This document shows, piece by piece, positions 37,808 through 51,385 of a stretch of DNA of 64,000 nucleotides. The translations under genes were made by a program, and so were the position numbers. Position 1 is the first letter of the stretch; every line of letters starts with the position of its first letter. The stretch spans positions 78,120,001 to 78,184,000 of the forward strand of contig OX597822.1 in the NCBI GenBank assembly GCA_951406725.2, given 5' to 3'. This DNA comes from Octopus vulgaris (taxonomy: Eukaryota). The notes beneath the pieces were generated by a model that was not told the origin of the DNA, ran no database searches, and saw only the letters and a program-made list of their open reading frames with translations.

Positions 37808-38038
37808 CTTTCTTTATTACCCACAAGGAGCTAAACATAGTGGAGACAAACAAGGTCAGACAAAGGGGTTAAGTCAATTACATCGACCCCAGTGCGTAAC
37901 TGGTATCTAATTTATTGACCCTGAAACGATGAAAGACAAAGTCGTCGTCGGCAGAAGTTGAACTCAGAACGTAACGGCAGACGAAATACCGCTAAGCATT
38001 TCGCCCGGCGCGCTAACGCTTCTGCCAACTCGTCGCCT
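37808..38038 (-). mobile_element. SINE family C monomer
   Basis: Reverse complement of the head and core; atctggta occurs on both flanks. Confidence 0.8.
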
Positions 38039-38120
38039 CAATCTGGTAGGACGTCTGTTAAAGTAAGACTCATGTTAAAGTGGAAATCCGCTAATATCCG
38101 AAAATTATAAACAAGCAAGC

Positions 38121-38348
38121 TTTAATGCGAGAAGATTGACTGAACAGGATTTATTACAAATCACTACAATTGTTTCTGCGCATCATTATCAGTCACCAAT
38201 TGCTGACTGTTACATAAGTTATATGCAATATTAATACAATATTACGTATAATTTTTTAACATTCAGTGACTAACTTCTAATAAGGTTGCGGTGAAACATT
38301 TTTAGTGATTTATAATAAATCCTGTTCAATCCATCTTCTCATATTAAA
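38121..38348. repeat. Inverted repeat pair (about 45-bp arms) with decayed hammerhead-like ends
   Basis: 38121-38166 and 38303-38348; minus strand CTGATAAtgatgcgcaGAAACAATTGTA at about 38161-38195. Confidence 0.5.
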
Positions 38349-38411
<63 letters not shown>

Positions 38412-38508
38412 ATCCAAGCATGAAAACACAAAGAGAAAACACAACAACGCGAGGACGTGGAACAAATATAGTATTATTGGACGCTCATGAAGGAAGGGAA
38501 GAAGGAGG

Positions 38509-38543
38509 GTTTAACGTTTCGAGCGGAGCTCTTCGTCAGAAAC
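38509..38543 (-). ncRNA. Minimal type I hammerhead ribozyme motif, Penelope-type
   Basis: GTTT-CTGACGA-a-GAGC-tcc-GCTC-GAAA-CG-TT-AAAC; intact core, loopless palindromic stem III. Confidence 0.75.
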
Positions 38544-38644
38544 ATAGGAAAAGAAAAGATCCAGAGAAGGGAAGACGGAGGGGAAAAAATCGCCAACGGT
38601 ACACGCGCGGTCACATTTTGAAATGTATATATGTATATATGAAC

Positions 38645-38890
38645 TTATAACTTACATTTGTTCCAACCAAAGATTGGCCCAGGCCGTGTCTAACTTAATA
38701 GCACCACCCGATAGGATTTGCTAAATCCTTTTTAAGTCAAGTTTTGTGGTATCATGGCCCATTCGAGTAGGGAGTTCTTATTGAGTGAGTTGTATCCATG
38801 TATAGGTGGCTTATCTGGCATTGCTTGAAGAAATTTGTCCTTTTCCTCTTTGATCTCTTTTGGGACAATGTTGACAACAATTACTCCTAG
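38645..38890 (-). mobile_element. LINE 3' end (CR1/Jockey-like group)
   Basis: NIVPKEIKEEKDKFLQAMPDKP...GYNSLNKNSLLEWA resembles LINE ORF2 C-termini. Confidence 0.5.
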
Positions 38891-38957
38891 GTCTCCGGTA
38901 TTATTAGATGCTTTAGTCGAACAAATCGAACCCGGGACTTATTCTACCAAATGAACT

Positions 38958-39220
38958 CTTTTACTTGTTTCAGTCATTTGACTGTGGCCATACTGGAGCA
39001 CCGCATTTTGTCGAGCAAATTAACCCCAAGACTTATTCTTTGTAAGCCTAGTACTTATTCTATCGGCCACTTTCGCTGAACCGGTATGTTACGGTGACGT
39101 AAACACACCAGCATCGGTTGTCAAGCGATGTTGGGGGGACAAATACAGACACACAAACGTATACACATACATACATACATACATACATACATACATACAT
39201 ACATACATACATACATACAT

Positions 39221-39274
<54 letters not shown>

Positions 39275-39611
39275 GTGAAGGCGCATGGCTCAGTGGTTAG
39301 AGCATCGAGCTTACGATCGTGGGGTTGTGAGCTCGAATCTCGGACCGGGCTGCGTGTTGTGTTCTTGAGCAAGGCACTTTATTTCACGTTGCTCCAGTTC
39401 ACTCAGCTGTAGAAATGAGTTGCGACGTCACTGGTGCCAATCTGTATCGACCTTTGTCTTTCCCTTGGATAACACTGGTGGTGTGGAGAGGGAGGCTGGT
39501 ATGCATGGGCGACTGCTGGTCTTCCATAAACAACCTCGCCCGGACTTGTGTCTAGGAGGGTAATTTCCTAGGTGCAATCCCATGGTCTGTGTCGTGACCG
39601 AAGGGGGTCTC

Positions 39612-39654
<43 letters not shown>

Positions 39655-39825
39655 CATACATATATACGACGGGCTTCTTTCAGTTTCCGTCTACCAAATC
39701 CATTCACAAGGTTTTAGTCGGCCTGAGACTATAGTAGAAGACACTTGCCCAAGTTGCCACTCAGTGAGACTGAACCCGGAACCATATGGTTCGTAAGCAA
39801 GCTACGTACCACAGAGCCACTCCAT
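38958..39825 (-). mobile_element. SINE family A interrupted by a nested SINE
   Basis: Tail at 38958-39160, head at 39665-39825. Confidence 0.8.
39275..39613 (+). mobile_element. tRNA-derived SINE inserted in the (TA)n of a SINE A
   Basis: GAAGGCGCATGGCTCAGTGGTTAGAGC (A box), GAGCTCGAATCTC (B-box-like), cttgagcaaggcactttatttcac core. Confidence 0.8.
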
Positions 39826-40427
39826 GACGCATTATTTTGAGTCGTCCTTGAGTCGTCCATATGGTTGAAGTCGGTTAAAATGCTCTCTTGGTTTATGGAG
39901 CATTTGTCATTTGTATTATTGCGTATTCTGCAATTGCTTGACTGTTTTCACTGGTAATCTTATTATGTTAGCTTAACACTTAATTACTGGTTTCTAGTTT
40001 TTGGGCGGTTCCGTAGCGCGCGTATGTGTGTGTGTATGTGTGTACGTATGTGTGTGTGTCTGTCTGTGGATGTGCGTGTTTGTGTTTGTGTGTTTGCGTG
40101 AACATATATACATAAATACATGCATAATTTATAAATTTTGGTTATATATATTCATGTGTGTGTGTGTGTGTGTGCATGCAATCTATTAAACCTTATGCAA
40201 ATATGATAGTCGAAAGGAAATCGGTGTTGATTCAAAGTCAGTGAGCAGCGATGACGAAACCGGCTTGACTTTCTATATTGACTCATGATAATGATTTTTA
40301 TACTTCTTAATTTCACCTCAAATCATTATTTGTATGTATATATCTTTGTTTTTATTTTTAAAAAAGCCATTACTTTTATACCTAGTGTGCATTTTCTTTG
40401 TCCCTTTTTACTTTACCTATATATATA

Positions 40428-40504
<77 letters not shown>

Positions 40505-40509
<5 letters not shown>

Positions 40510-41000
40510 AAATAAGAACATGGAGAAATACATCTAAATCAATTATCAACTACCAGATAATACCCAATCACATACTTTATTAAACCGCTACATATGAACA
40601 TTAAGGTCAAACATAATAATATAGAACAAAACAGTGTACATGAAGGAGTAATATGATACAATAAGTACAATATGTATAAGAGAATATAAATAAATATAAA
40701 TAAATATAAATATAAATATAAACTACATCTTACAGCTGTTTCGGCCATGCAGATATGGGTATCTCATTTTACTTATATTAGCCATGTGTGATAGGTCAAT
40801 ATGTAGTTATAAATGAGACATTTACAAAAATATCCCAAGGTCTCTTCGGAGATTATGAAATACAAACCAAATTTAATATACAACCATATAAGTGTGGGTA
40901 CATACCCATAATATATCATATACACATACATATGAGTGCATATACTCATACTCCTATACATATATATATATACATATACATAATAATAAAAATAATATAA
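40505..41000 (-). mobile_element. Penelope-like terminal repeat remnant
   Basis: Abuts (TA)n; minus strand CCATatctgcATGGccGAAACAGCTGTAAGA at about 40728-40760; homologous to 9750-10105. Confidence 0.5.
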
Positions 41001-41362
41001 ATCAATAAACATACATATGTTCCATATTCAATGTTACAGTTTTTCAACTTAATATTATGATATTACAATGTAGAAAACATACACATATTAATACTCAAAT
41101 GCAGATATACAGAGTCAAAAGTACATTATATTAATTTATATTAATTTACAAAATGTCATTAATGTTAACATCATTACTATTATCATTACCACTAATGCTA
41201 CCAATATCATTATTCTTATTAATAACACTAATACTAGCAAAACAATATATAGATCACATTGTTAGCAACATAATAGTAAAACCAAGAACAACAATAGTAC
41301 TACAGTACCATATATACAGAGAGAGAGAGAGAGGCATATATACATATATAGATAGATACTTA

Positions 41363-42196
41363 CGCGGTAGTGGTATCAAAAAGCTCCCGGATTAGTTCTG
41401 TAGCGCGACAACTGTTGGCAGCACACTCTTGTGTGCGCAATGAAAGCTAACAGTGACCTTTTTGAGACAGTGTGTCGAGTGACATACTGCGTTCATTTCG
41501 TGAAATTTGTATTCTTTTGCGTGAAATTTGTATTCTTTTGATTACATGTATTTTGTAGTCTGCGGTTTTGTCATGGAGAGGAACAAAGAGCCAACATGAA
41601 ATTTTGCATTAAAATTGGGAAGTCTGCCACAGAGACATTGAGCATGCTTCGGTAAACTTATGGCGATGTGGCAGTGGGTCGTACACAATGTTTTGAGTGG
41701 CACAAGCACTTCAAAAGCGGAAGAAGTCCCTAGGAGACGATGAGCAATCTGGAAGACCTGCCACGAGCGTCACGCCCAGAAATGTGGTATTGTGCATCGA
41801 GAATTTGTCCTCCAAGGCCAGACCATCAAACTACTACGACATTTTGAAGCGTCTGGGGGAAGACATTCAGTGAAAGCGACCGGATCTGTGGAGCGTGAAG
41901 AATCGGATTCTTCACGACGGCAATGCACCCTGTCAACGAGTGAGTTTCTCGCCAAAAACAATAAGATATCGCTTCTGCACCCACCCTATTCGCCAGATTT
42001 AACACACACGGACTTCTGTCTCTTTCCCTAGAAGAAAATGCAGCTCAGACGTCAGTGTATTAACACCCTTGATGAGATCCAGAGCGAATCGCAGGTCCTC
42101 GACTTGCTTACGGAAAGGAGAAAGCTAATTCGAAGACTACAGGTCCAATCCGTCACTGGAACTGTAAAAATCTGTAAAACTTTCCAGAAGTTTATC

Positions 42197-42200
<4 letters not shown>
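41363..42200 (+). mobile_element. mariner element, internally deleted
   Basis: EQRANMKFC.K.GKSATET (HTH), DDEQSGRP, ILHDGNAP, HPPYSPDL..TDF.LFP. Confidence 0.85.
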
Positions 42201-42251
<51 letters not shown>

Positions 42252-42254
42252 CTT

Positions 42255-42410
42255 CCAGACAGAACCAAGGAAGTCCAGATCAGTGCTCCAAGACTGACTT
42301 GATACCAATCCCAAAATCAGGAAACCTCAGAACGAAACTGAAGGAATTGCACTGTCCAATATCTTATTCAAAGTCATCAACCGAATGATCCTCGACAGAA
42401 TTCAACCAGT
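42255..42410 (+). mobile_element. RTE-like LINE reverse transcriptase fragment
   Basis: PDQCSKTDLIPIPKSG..., then GIALSNILFKVINRMILDRIQP after a frameshift. Confidence 0.7.
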
Positions 42411-43239
42411 GCTTATTATTTTTTTTTTTTTTTTTCGCGTGGTGGTTTAGCAGAAAGTGCTTTGTGAGAGCTTGGCAGAGAGAGTACTATGGAAGTTGTA
42501 ATGTTAAATTTTAAAAAATCTTGCGTAGTATCTTTTATATTTATTTGTTTCAACCTTTAGACTGCAGCCATGCTGGAGCACCGCCTCGAAGATTTTTTGC
42601 AATCGAACGAATTGACCCCCCGAACATGCACAAATACACACACATACATATCTGACGGGTTTCTTGCAGTTACCGTCAACCAAATCCACTCATAAGGCTT
42701 TGGTCGACCTGAGACTGTTGTAGAAGACACTTGCTCAAGGCGTCACTCAAGGGGACTAAACCCGGAACCATGTTATTAGGAAGCAAGCTTCTTACCATAC
42801 AGTCACGTGTGCGCCTGTTGCCTGTGATTGCTTTGTGTATACCGTGAATAAAATTTTGAATCCTGATTTAGTTTTTCGTGTTTTCCTTTATTATATAATT
42901 AATGCGCCAATTATTATTATTATTATTTCTAATTTTATTCCCTATATCCAGCTTATTTCTATTTTAGGAATCTTTGATAGTTCTTGACTTAATTCTGGGT
43001 GCTATTTCCGTCTTCGATAATCATATCTTATCAGTTTGCCTTAACCTGCCTGTAAATCAAGACACGAATATCTCAGATAGTTGATTGAAGCCCGATCGCT
43101 GCAGCGTATCATGGTCAATATAATTAATTAAAAGTCTTTGAAAGCAACGCTCCAGCATGACCACAATTTAATGCCTAAAATAAATACATGTTAAAGATTT
43201 GTAATTACGTAGTCATTCATAATTCATTAAAACTTGATA

Positions 43240-43560
43240 TGGGCGGTAAAACTGCTTAACTTCTTGAACATCCGCTTGTAATAACGTTTGTTTGTGTTTT
43301 TCTTCTTTCATATTTTCATTGTCCTATATTTTCTCTAATTCTTCTTGTGATTATGTTCCTTTATATCTTTTTTTATTACTGTTTCTTCTATTTATTGTAT
43401 TTGGGGTGTGGGATCGTAAAGTATTTATCATGATAAAGCAAAATTTCTCCCTTGTGCTTTTGCCAGCAAGCAGATAATTAATGTAGCCAGCCGAAGGAAA
43501 TTTAAGCCAGTACGCATATTTCTCTGCTGGTCTTACTGCCATCTCTGGACGAACTTGGTT
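43240..43560 (-). mobile_element. Possible Penelope GIY-YIG C-terminal remnant
   Basis: REKFCFIMINTLRSHTPNTIN loosely resembles RExxWIxxLxTxxPxGLN. Confidence 0.3.
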
Positions 43561-43680
43561 CAGGCTTCGTATAGCTGTTTCTTATATTTTCTCTCAAGTA
43601 TAATTCTCGTTCTCCTTTTCTCCCACCCTCCATCCATCTATGCATATATTTGTGTGTATATGTATGTATATATATATCTG

Positions 43681-43716
<36 letters not shown>

Positions 43717-43964
43717 CTTTTACTTGCTTCAGTCATTGGATTACGGCCATGCTGGTGCATCGCTTCAAAGGGCACAGTCGAACAAATCAACCCCAGTACT
43801 TTTTCTAAGTCATTTAATTACTCAGTCTTTTTTTCCCCAAACCGCTCAGTTACGGGAACGTAAACAAACCAACACCATTCGGTATTGTCAAGTGGTGGTG
43901 GAAGACATACGAAGCCACAGATACACACGCACACACATACACACATAGATACATGCAGATAAAT

Positions 43965-43996
<32 letters not shown>

Positions 43997-44674
43997 AGAG
44001 AGAGAGATGTATTTGCATATGCATATATATTTATATACCTACATACGTAGGAAGGTAGATAGGACGGGCTTCCGTCGACCAGATTCACTCGCAAGGCATT
44101 GGTCGACCAGGGGCTCCAATAGAAGATACATGCTCAAGGTACTATGCTCTAGGACTAAACACATAGGATTGATTGTTGTCAGAAAATGAGAGAAACAAAA
44201 CTCAAGACAAGGAATATAAATCACAGAAGATATTTTTATCGGTTGAACAGCCGCAGTTGCGACCCAAGGGCCTGGACTTCCGTCTCAGATTATATAAATC
44301 CATTGGTCGAAAGTCTAGCCCTTGAGTCACTACTGTAGAATGATCATGTATATTAGTATAATACAGCGTATTCGTTTGAAAGCCTGGTGCAATTTGGTAA
44401 AGTGTTTGCTGCAGCTGGTTTGAATGTTTTCATAATTCTAAGACAAGTCGCTTTATACCCCAGGGGTGCAAATTCTTTAAATATTTCCATATAAATGCAA
44501 ATGCCACTACCATCATTATTGCTGCTACGACTGCAGCTTTGGCCGCAAATACTTTTATTGTTGTCATAATCGTTGCTCTTGGGAGAATTTGCCGAGATAT
44601 AAAAAAATAAACTGCTTAGCCGGTTGTTCATTTTAACGTGAAACACATGGGTACGTTAATAATTTTGTTTAGCA

Positions 44675-45292
44675 AAGCGGCGGGCTGGCAGACACGTTAG
44701 CACGCCGGGCGAAATGCTTAGCCGTTTTTCGTCTGCCGTTACGTTCTGAGTTCAAATTCCACCGAGGTCGACTTTGCCTTTCATCTTTTCGGGGTCGATA
44801 AATTAAGTACCAGTTATGCACTGGGGTCGATGTAATCTATTTAATCCGTTTGCCTGTCCTTGTTTATCTCCTCTGTGTTTAGCTCCTTGTGGGTAGTTAA
44901 GAAATTGGTATTTCGTCTGTCTTTACGTTCTGAGTTCAAATTCCGCCGAGGTCGACTTTGCCTTTCATCCTTTCGGGGTCGATTAAATAAGTACCAGTTA
45001 CGCACTGGGGTAGATATAATCGACTTAATCCGCTTGTCTGTCCTTGTTTGTCCTCTCTGTGTGTAGCCCCCTGTGGGCAGTAAAGAAATGAGAAAACGTT
45101 AGCACGCCGCGCGAAATGTTTAGCGGTATTTCGTCTGTCTTTACGTTCTGAGTTCAAATTCCGTCGAGGTCGACTTTGCCTTTCATCCTTTCGGGGTCGA
45201 TAAATTAAGTACCAGTTGCGTACTGGTGTTGATCTAATCGACTGGCCCCTTCCCCCAAAATTTCGGGCCTTGTGCCTAGAGTAGAAAAGATT
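44675..45292 (+). mobile_element. SINE family C trimer
   Basis: Three core units. Confidence 0.88.
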
Positions 45293-46112
45293 AATTTTGT
45301 TTAGCCACTGGTCATTGCTAATCAAAAGGGGTTAGGATGAAAACAGTTTCGGCCAATTATTGCTATTAACTTTTTTTTGTCAGTCATTGGACTGCGGCTA
45401 TGCTAGAGCACCGCCTTGAAGTGTTTTCACTCGAACAAATCGACCCCAAGTCTTATTCTTTTTAAGCTTGGTACTTATTCCATCGGTCTCTTTTGTCGAA
45501 TTCTTAAGTTACGGTTGTCCAACAGTGGTGGAGGACAAGCACAAACATACACACTCACATCCATACACAAGGAGCTTCTTAAAGTGTCTGTCTACCAAAT
45601 CTCACAAGGTTTAGGTCGGGTCGAGGATGTAGTAGAAAACATTTGTCCAAGGCCCACGGTGCCACGCAGTGAGACTGAAGCCAGGACCATGTGGTTAGGA
45701 AACAAGCTTCTCATCACACTGTCACGCCTAACGGGCTTCCACTCAGTTTCCTTTCACTATATTCACTCACAACGCTTTAGTCTGCCCGCAACTATAGTAG
45801 AAGACATTTGCCCAAGATGCCGCTCAGTGGGACTAAACCAGAAACCACATGGCATCAAGACAAGTTGCTTGATCACACAGCCATATCTGCACCTATTTCA
45901 CTCTCTCATTTTATCTCATTTTCATTTACTTCGCTTCTTTTTTCTTTCTTTTCTTCTTTTTTTTTTTCAGAATTTGAATACCACGTGTATTTCCTTTTTA
46001 TTTCAAGACAGTAGAGTGTAAGATAAACGGAAGGAGATTTGGTTGCTATTTCTAGCAGACTAAGTGACGGTATAGAAATTCTTTCATTGACTCGCAATAC
46101 AGGGGCGCATTT

Positions 46113-46540
46113 AAGGCGACGAGCTGGCAGAAACGTTAGCACGACGGGTAAAATATTTAGCGGCATTTCGTCTGCCGTTACGTTCTGAGTTCAAATTCCG
46201 CCGAGGTCGACTTTGCCTTTCATCTTTTCGGGGTAGATAAATTAAGTACCAGTTATGCACTGGGGTCGATGTAATCGACTTAACCCCTTTGTCTGTCGTT
46301 GTTTGTCCCCTCTATGTTTAGCTCCTTGCAGGCAATAAAGAAATATGAAACGTTAGCAGGCCGGGCGAAATGTTTAGCGGTATTTCGTTTGTCGTTACGT
46401 TCTGAATTCAAATTCCGCCGAAGTCGACTTTGCCTTTCATCCTTTCGGGGTCAATAAGTTAAGTACCAGTTTCGTACTGAGGTCGATCTAATCGACTGGC
46501 TCCCTCCCCAAAAATTTGTGCCAAGAATAGAAAAGAATAC
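46113..46540 (+). mobile_element. SINE family C dimer
   Basis: Two core units. Confidence 0.88.
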
Positions 46541-46884
46541 AAGGACGTATTTCTATGGCCTCTGATAAATTATTCACTAAGAAAGCTATTTGTCTATCAA
46601 TCTTTCTTCAGACAAGTAAACACGTAAGCACACACACATCTCTTGCCTTCCCTTCCCACCCATTGCGTCATGTTTCACTCATTGCCTCCCTCCATCTCTC
46701 ACATTCTCTTTCTTTTTCTCCTTCACAGTATGTCTCTATCTCTTGCTCTTCCCAAACCATTCTCCATCTCCCTCTCTCAATCTCTCTTTCTCCCTCTCTC
46801 TTTTTCATTTTCTTTCGTTTGCTCTCTTTCCTAACCGCATTTGTTCCTCCTGATTTGTAAATATTTATGCCAGCTAATATATAG

Positions 46885-46962
<78 letters not shown>

Positions 46963-47188
46963 ATAACCTATACATAAAAATCTTTTATCGTTTAATGTGT
47001 TTCAGTCATTAGACTGCGGCCATGCTGGAACACCGCTTTGAAGAATTTCTTTTAGTGGAATAAAACGATCCCATTACTTACTCTGTCAGACTCTTTTACT
47101 GAACCCTAAGTTACGGGGACGTAAACACACGAACACCGGTTGTCAAGCGGTGATGGGATACAAATACACGCATACACACATATATATA

Positions 47189-48108
47189 TTGGGCCAACTC
47201 GTAAATAATGAGATTTTTTATACTTCGTTTCTTTTTGAAAATTAAGATAAACCAAGTTCTTTTTTAATCTAAAATTTATTCTCCTTCATTTTCTACAATG
47301 CTCTTCCATCTCACTGGTAGACTTGCAAGGCCGCTCTTGCAAAATTCACTTGTCCATGACAAAAATGCTCTTCCAGTACAGTTCTGACCTCGCCTACAGA
47401 ATTCATATTTTTCCGTCCAAATGATTTTAAAGACTGCGGAATAAATGACAATTAGATGGGGCAATGCACGGTGAATATGATGGGTGGGGCATTGTTTCCC
47501 ATTCAAACTGCTCCAGCCTTTGGAATGTCATCTTCGTTATATGTTGCCGAGCATTATCCTGATGGAAGAACACTTATCATCTTGAAACCAAAGATGGTCG
47601 TTTTTCTTCTAGCGCTGGTGTCGATGAACGGTTGAATGACCAACTCCAAGCTTCTCTGCTAATTCCCTAACAGTTACGATGGGATTTTGTTCCACCAGGG
47701 TTTGCAGGACGTCCTCGACGAGCTCTACAGATTTTCCAGGACGAGGCTCATCTTCTAGGCTGTAGTTTCCGGTTCGGAATTTCTGAAACCACCGTTGACA
47801 CTGGCTTGCGCTTATTTCCGATCTCCATATACTGCATCAATATTCCTTGCACTTTCCATTGCGTTGTTGCTTTTATTAAACTCATAAAGAAAAATAGGAC
47901 GAATATGCTTCTATGTCACTTGCATCATAGCTTTGAAAAAATAACTGTTAAATTTGAACTGCACTCTTCAAAACTTGCACTAAGAATAAAAACAAGGTAA
48001 AATTACAACCTGCTCTTATAGCAAGTTAATGCAGGTAGTTTATCCTGTACCCCTCCGGCATTTAGTTCATACAGCTGAAAAAACCGCTTTATTTGTGGGA
48101 TGACCCTA
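47189..48108 (-). mobile_element. mariner element with both TIRs, internally deleted
   Basis: TA|TTGGGCCAACTCGTAAATAATG and TA|TAGGGTCATCCCACAAATAAAG; YEFNK, QRWFQKFR.GNYSLEDEPRPG, FHQDNARQH, PHPSYSP.IAPSN.HLF. Confidence 0.88.
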
Positions 48109-48119
48109 TATATATATAA

Positions 48120-48554
48120 AAATAAAAACCTTTGACTCTACATCACTGAATATAAATTCTGTACTTGGAATGACTAATTATAAATACCGTTGGAGTCTAC
48201 TCATAAGGTATTGGAATCTTACATTGTGTATAAACGCTATACTTGGAATGAACAATTTTAAATACTGTTGGATTTTTCTCATAAGGTATTGGAATCTTAT
48301 ATGTATACCATTCTACCTAAAAAAATGGATCTACAAATTCAATATCCCTACATATCTCACATCTATTTTCTTTCCTCCACCTCACTCTCTATTTTGTATC
48401 CTACCTAAATTAATTATTACTTAACCATCCTCTCACACTTCGATGAAGGGATATAATTAATAGATATCCTAGAAACAGCTGTAAGACCTTCTATCTATAA
48501 ATGTTCTAATATCTACACAGCCTTGGTTATTTATCTCATTACGCAAAAAATTTT

Positions 48555-48555
<1 letters not shown>
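48120..48555 (+). mobile_element. Penelope-like terminal repeat with a decayed hammerhead
   Basis: ttCGATGAa-GGGATAT..ATATCC-taGAAACAGCTGTAAGAC at 48440-48487; two tandem units of about 78 bp upstream; (TA)n on both sides. Confidence 0.5.
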
Positions 48556-48645
<90 letters not shown>

Positions 48646-48652
48646 ATGTATG

Positions 48653-48722
<70 letters not shown>

Positions 48723-49597
48723 GTACGGAATTTTGTTAGTGAATAGGTCGCGATCTTAAAGCGACGAAAATATTTTGGCAAATTAAATTTAAATGTTGAA
48801 GTGAATCTAACGGTTTTTTTTTTTTTTGTGTGTGTGTGTTTTAAATAGCTTATAAACACCTTCTACGCTGCAACTGTTTTCGTTCCAGCATACGATCTCA
48901 GATCAGGTCACTTGCTATCTAAGTGTATATATACGCGTGGCTAAATGGCTAAGGTGCAAAGCTCCCGATCACAAAATCGGGCCGGACAGTACGTAGTGTT
49001 CTTGAGAAAAACACTCCATTTCACTATTTCTCCAGTCCTCTTTGATGATATCTGACGTGGTGCATCGCCCACCCGTACAGAAGATATATGTTCAGTGGAG
49101 GACGGGAACTGATGTATAGCACACATATTATAAATAAATGATTAGTACAAATGGTTCCGCAAAGCGTTGCGGAACTTTCATTTATCATATGCGACAGGAA
49201 CGTCCACCATTACTGAAGCGATTGGATGATAGCGCTCAGAGCCACCTCCGCCCTTTACTTTTCATTTGCATATCAGAATGACCAAGCTGCTGGTGAAAAT
49301 GACTTCGTCGTGGCATCAGCTTGTACGTTACGCCAGGGGCATGTAAAAGCATGGGAAATTAGAAGTGTGAAAAACTCTTAAGATAAGTGGCAAAAAGAAA
49401 TAATTACAGAAAAAAAATATATAAGCAAAGTAAAATAAATAAATAAATTAAAAACAGAGAAAGAGTGGAGAACAAAGAAGTAAGAAATAAATTTCAGAGA
49501 TTGCGTAGGAATGTGAGAGAAGAAAGACAGAAACAGATTGACAAAGAGACAAAGTGATACAAGGAGCGAAGATATGTTTATGCACACAAACACACAC

Positions 49598-49640
<43 letters not shown>

Positions 49641-49773
49641 CCTTGGTTTGTGTCTATGTTTTTCGTCTCTCTATGTGTTCGACGTCCTTTTGGTGTCCTG
49701 TACACATATATGCGTGTATATGTACATGTAGAGGTAGGTACGTACATATATGTTTATATATATGCATATATTT

Positions 49774-49855
<82 letters not shown>

Positions 49856-49939
49856 TATAGAGTGGGAGAGGGAGATAGTGGGAAAGATGTTTAAGTGGTT
49901 AAGTTCATTGTAGTAAAGTTGTGATTTGCTGGAGGTATT

Positions 49940-50400
49940 TCAGCAAACTACAGAATGGAGTGGGGAATAGGGCGATGGACAGGGCGCCATCAACAGTTTT
50001 TGACAGGCTGTAGGGATAATATTTTTAGCAAAAAGTGCCAAAATAGATTAAATTGTGTTAACTGAAACCCTATAATGAGATATAGAATGAAAGTGAGATT
50101 GAATGAACGGAAGCGACTGGGCGGGTTATTTGTTAGTGATATTCAATAATACAAACGGTGCCGAAATAACCTAGTTATAAGTAACATATACTGTGGGTCT
50201 CATATTTTTAAGACCACTGCACTAAATGCTTTGTTTCTATGATATATATAATAGCAAGTTTTCTTGGTGCCATAAGCATGGGAAATGTTTATAGAATTGG
50301 TTTGCTTCTTACAAGATGTTTGCCTGAACACGACTGATGATGACTAATCAGAGAAATTTATTAATCTTCATGAAACGTTGTTTTATTTCAATCCTTAGTT
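49940..50400 (+). mobile_element. Penelope-like 3' fragment (GIY-YIG tail plus decayed hammerhead)
   Basis: YRMEWGI..., KLC.TETL...LNER, FSWCHKH (frameshifted); CTGATGA-TGA...TCA-tGAAACGTT at about 50334-50379. Confidence 0.4.
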
Positions 50401-50507
50401 ATTTCAAAGATATGCAAACTTAAATCATAAGATAGATAATCCAGCCACCAACCATCACTTCCTTAAAATGACTAACCATGAGCCAAAAGATGAAACAATT
50501 ATTATTA

Positions 50508-50544
<37 letters not shown>

Positions 50545-50547
50545 CTA

Positions 50548-51385
50548 AGGCGGCGAGCTGGCAGAAACGTTAGTACGCCGGGCGAAATGCTTAGCCGTTT
50601 TTCGTCTGCCGTTACGTTCTGAGTTCAAATTCCGCCGAGGTCAACTTTGCCTTTCATCCTTTCGGGGTCGATTAAATAAGTACCAGTTACGCACTGGGGT
50701 CGATATAAGCGATTTAATCCGTTTTTCTGTCCTTGTTTGTCCCCTCTGTGTGTAGCCCCTTGTGGGCAGTAAAAAATAGGTATTTCGTCTGCCGCTACGC
50801 TCTGAGTTCAAATTCCGCCGCGGTCGACTTTGCCTTTCATCCTTTCGGAGTCGATAAATTAAGTACTAGTTGCGTACTGGAGTCGATCTAATCGACTGGC
50901 CCCCTCCCCCAAAATATTTCTGGCCTTGTGCCTAGAGTAGAAAAGATTATTATCTGGCATATGGCAGCAAACTGACAGAATAGTTAGCACGCCGGACAAA
51001 GCGCTTCGCTTCTTTACGTTCTGAGTTCAAATTCCGCCGAGGTCGACTTTGCCTTTCATCATTTCGGAGTCGATAAATTAAGTACCAGTTGCGTACTGGA
51101 GTCGATCTAATCGACTGGCCCCCTCCCCCAAAATATTTCGGGCCTTGTGCCTAGAGTAGAAAAGATTATTATCTGGCATATGGCAGCAAACTGACAGAAT
51201 AGTTAGCACGCCGGACAAAGCGCTTCGCTTCTTTACGTCCTGAGTTCAAATTCCATTCAGGTCGACTTTGCCTTTCATTTTTTTCGGGGTCAATGAAATA
51301 AGTACCATTTCTACACTGGGATTCATGTAGTCGGCTAGCCCTCTCCCCAAAAATTCTAGATCTCGTGCCAAGTGCAGAAAGAATA
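50548..51385 (+). mobile_element. SINE family C array with a recent 219-bp tandem duplication
   Basis: Identical junction text at 50953 and 51172. Confidence 0.85.

Noticed and set aside
45416-46021. 201-aa ORF
   Set aside because: Read-through of degenerate antisense SINE A fragments into a T-rich tract.
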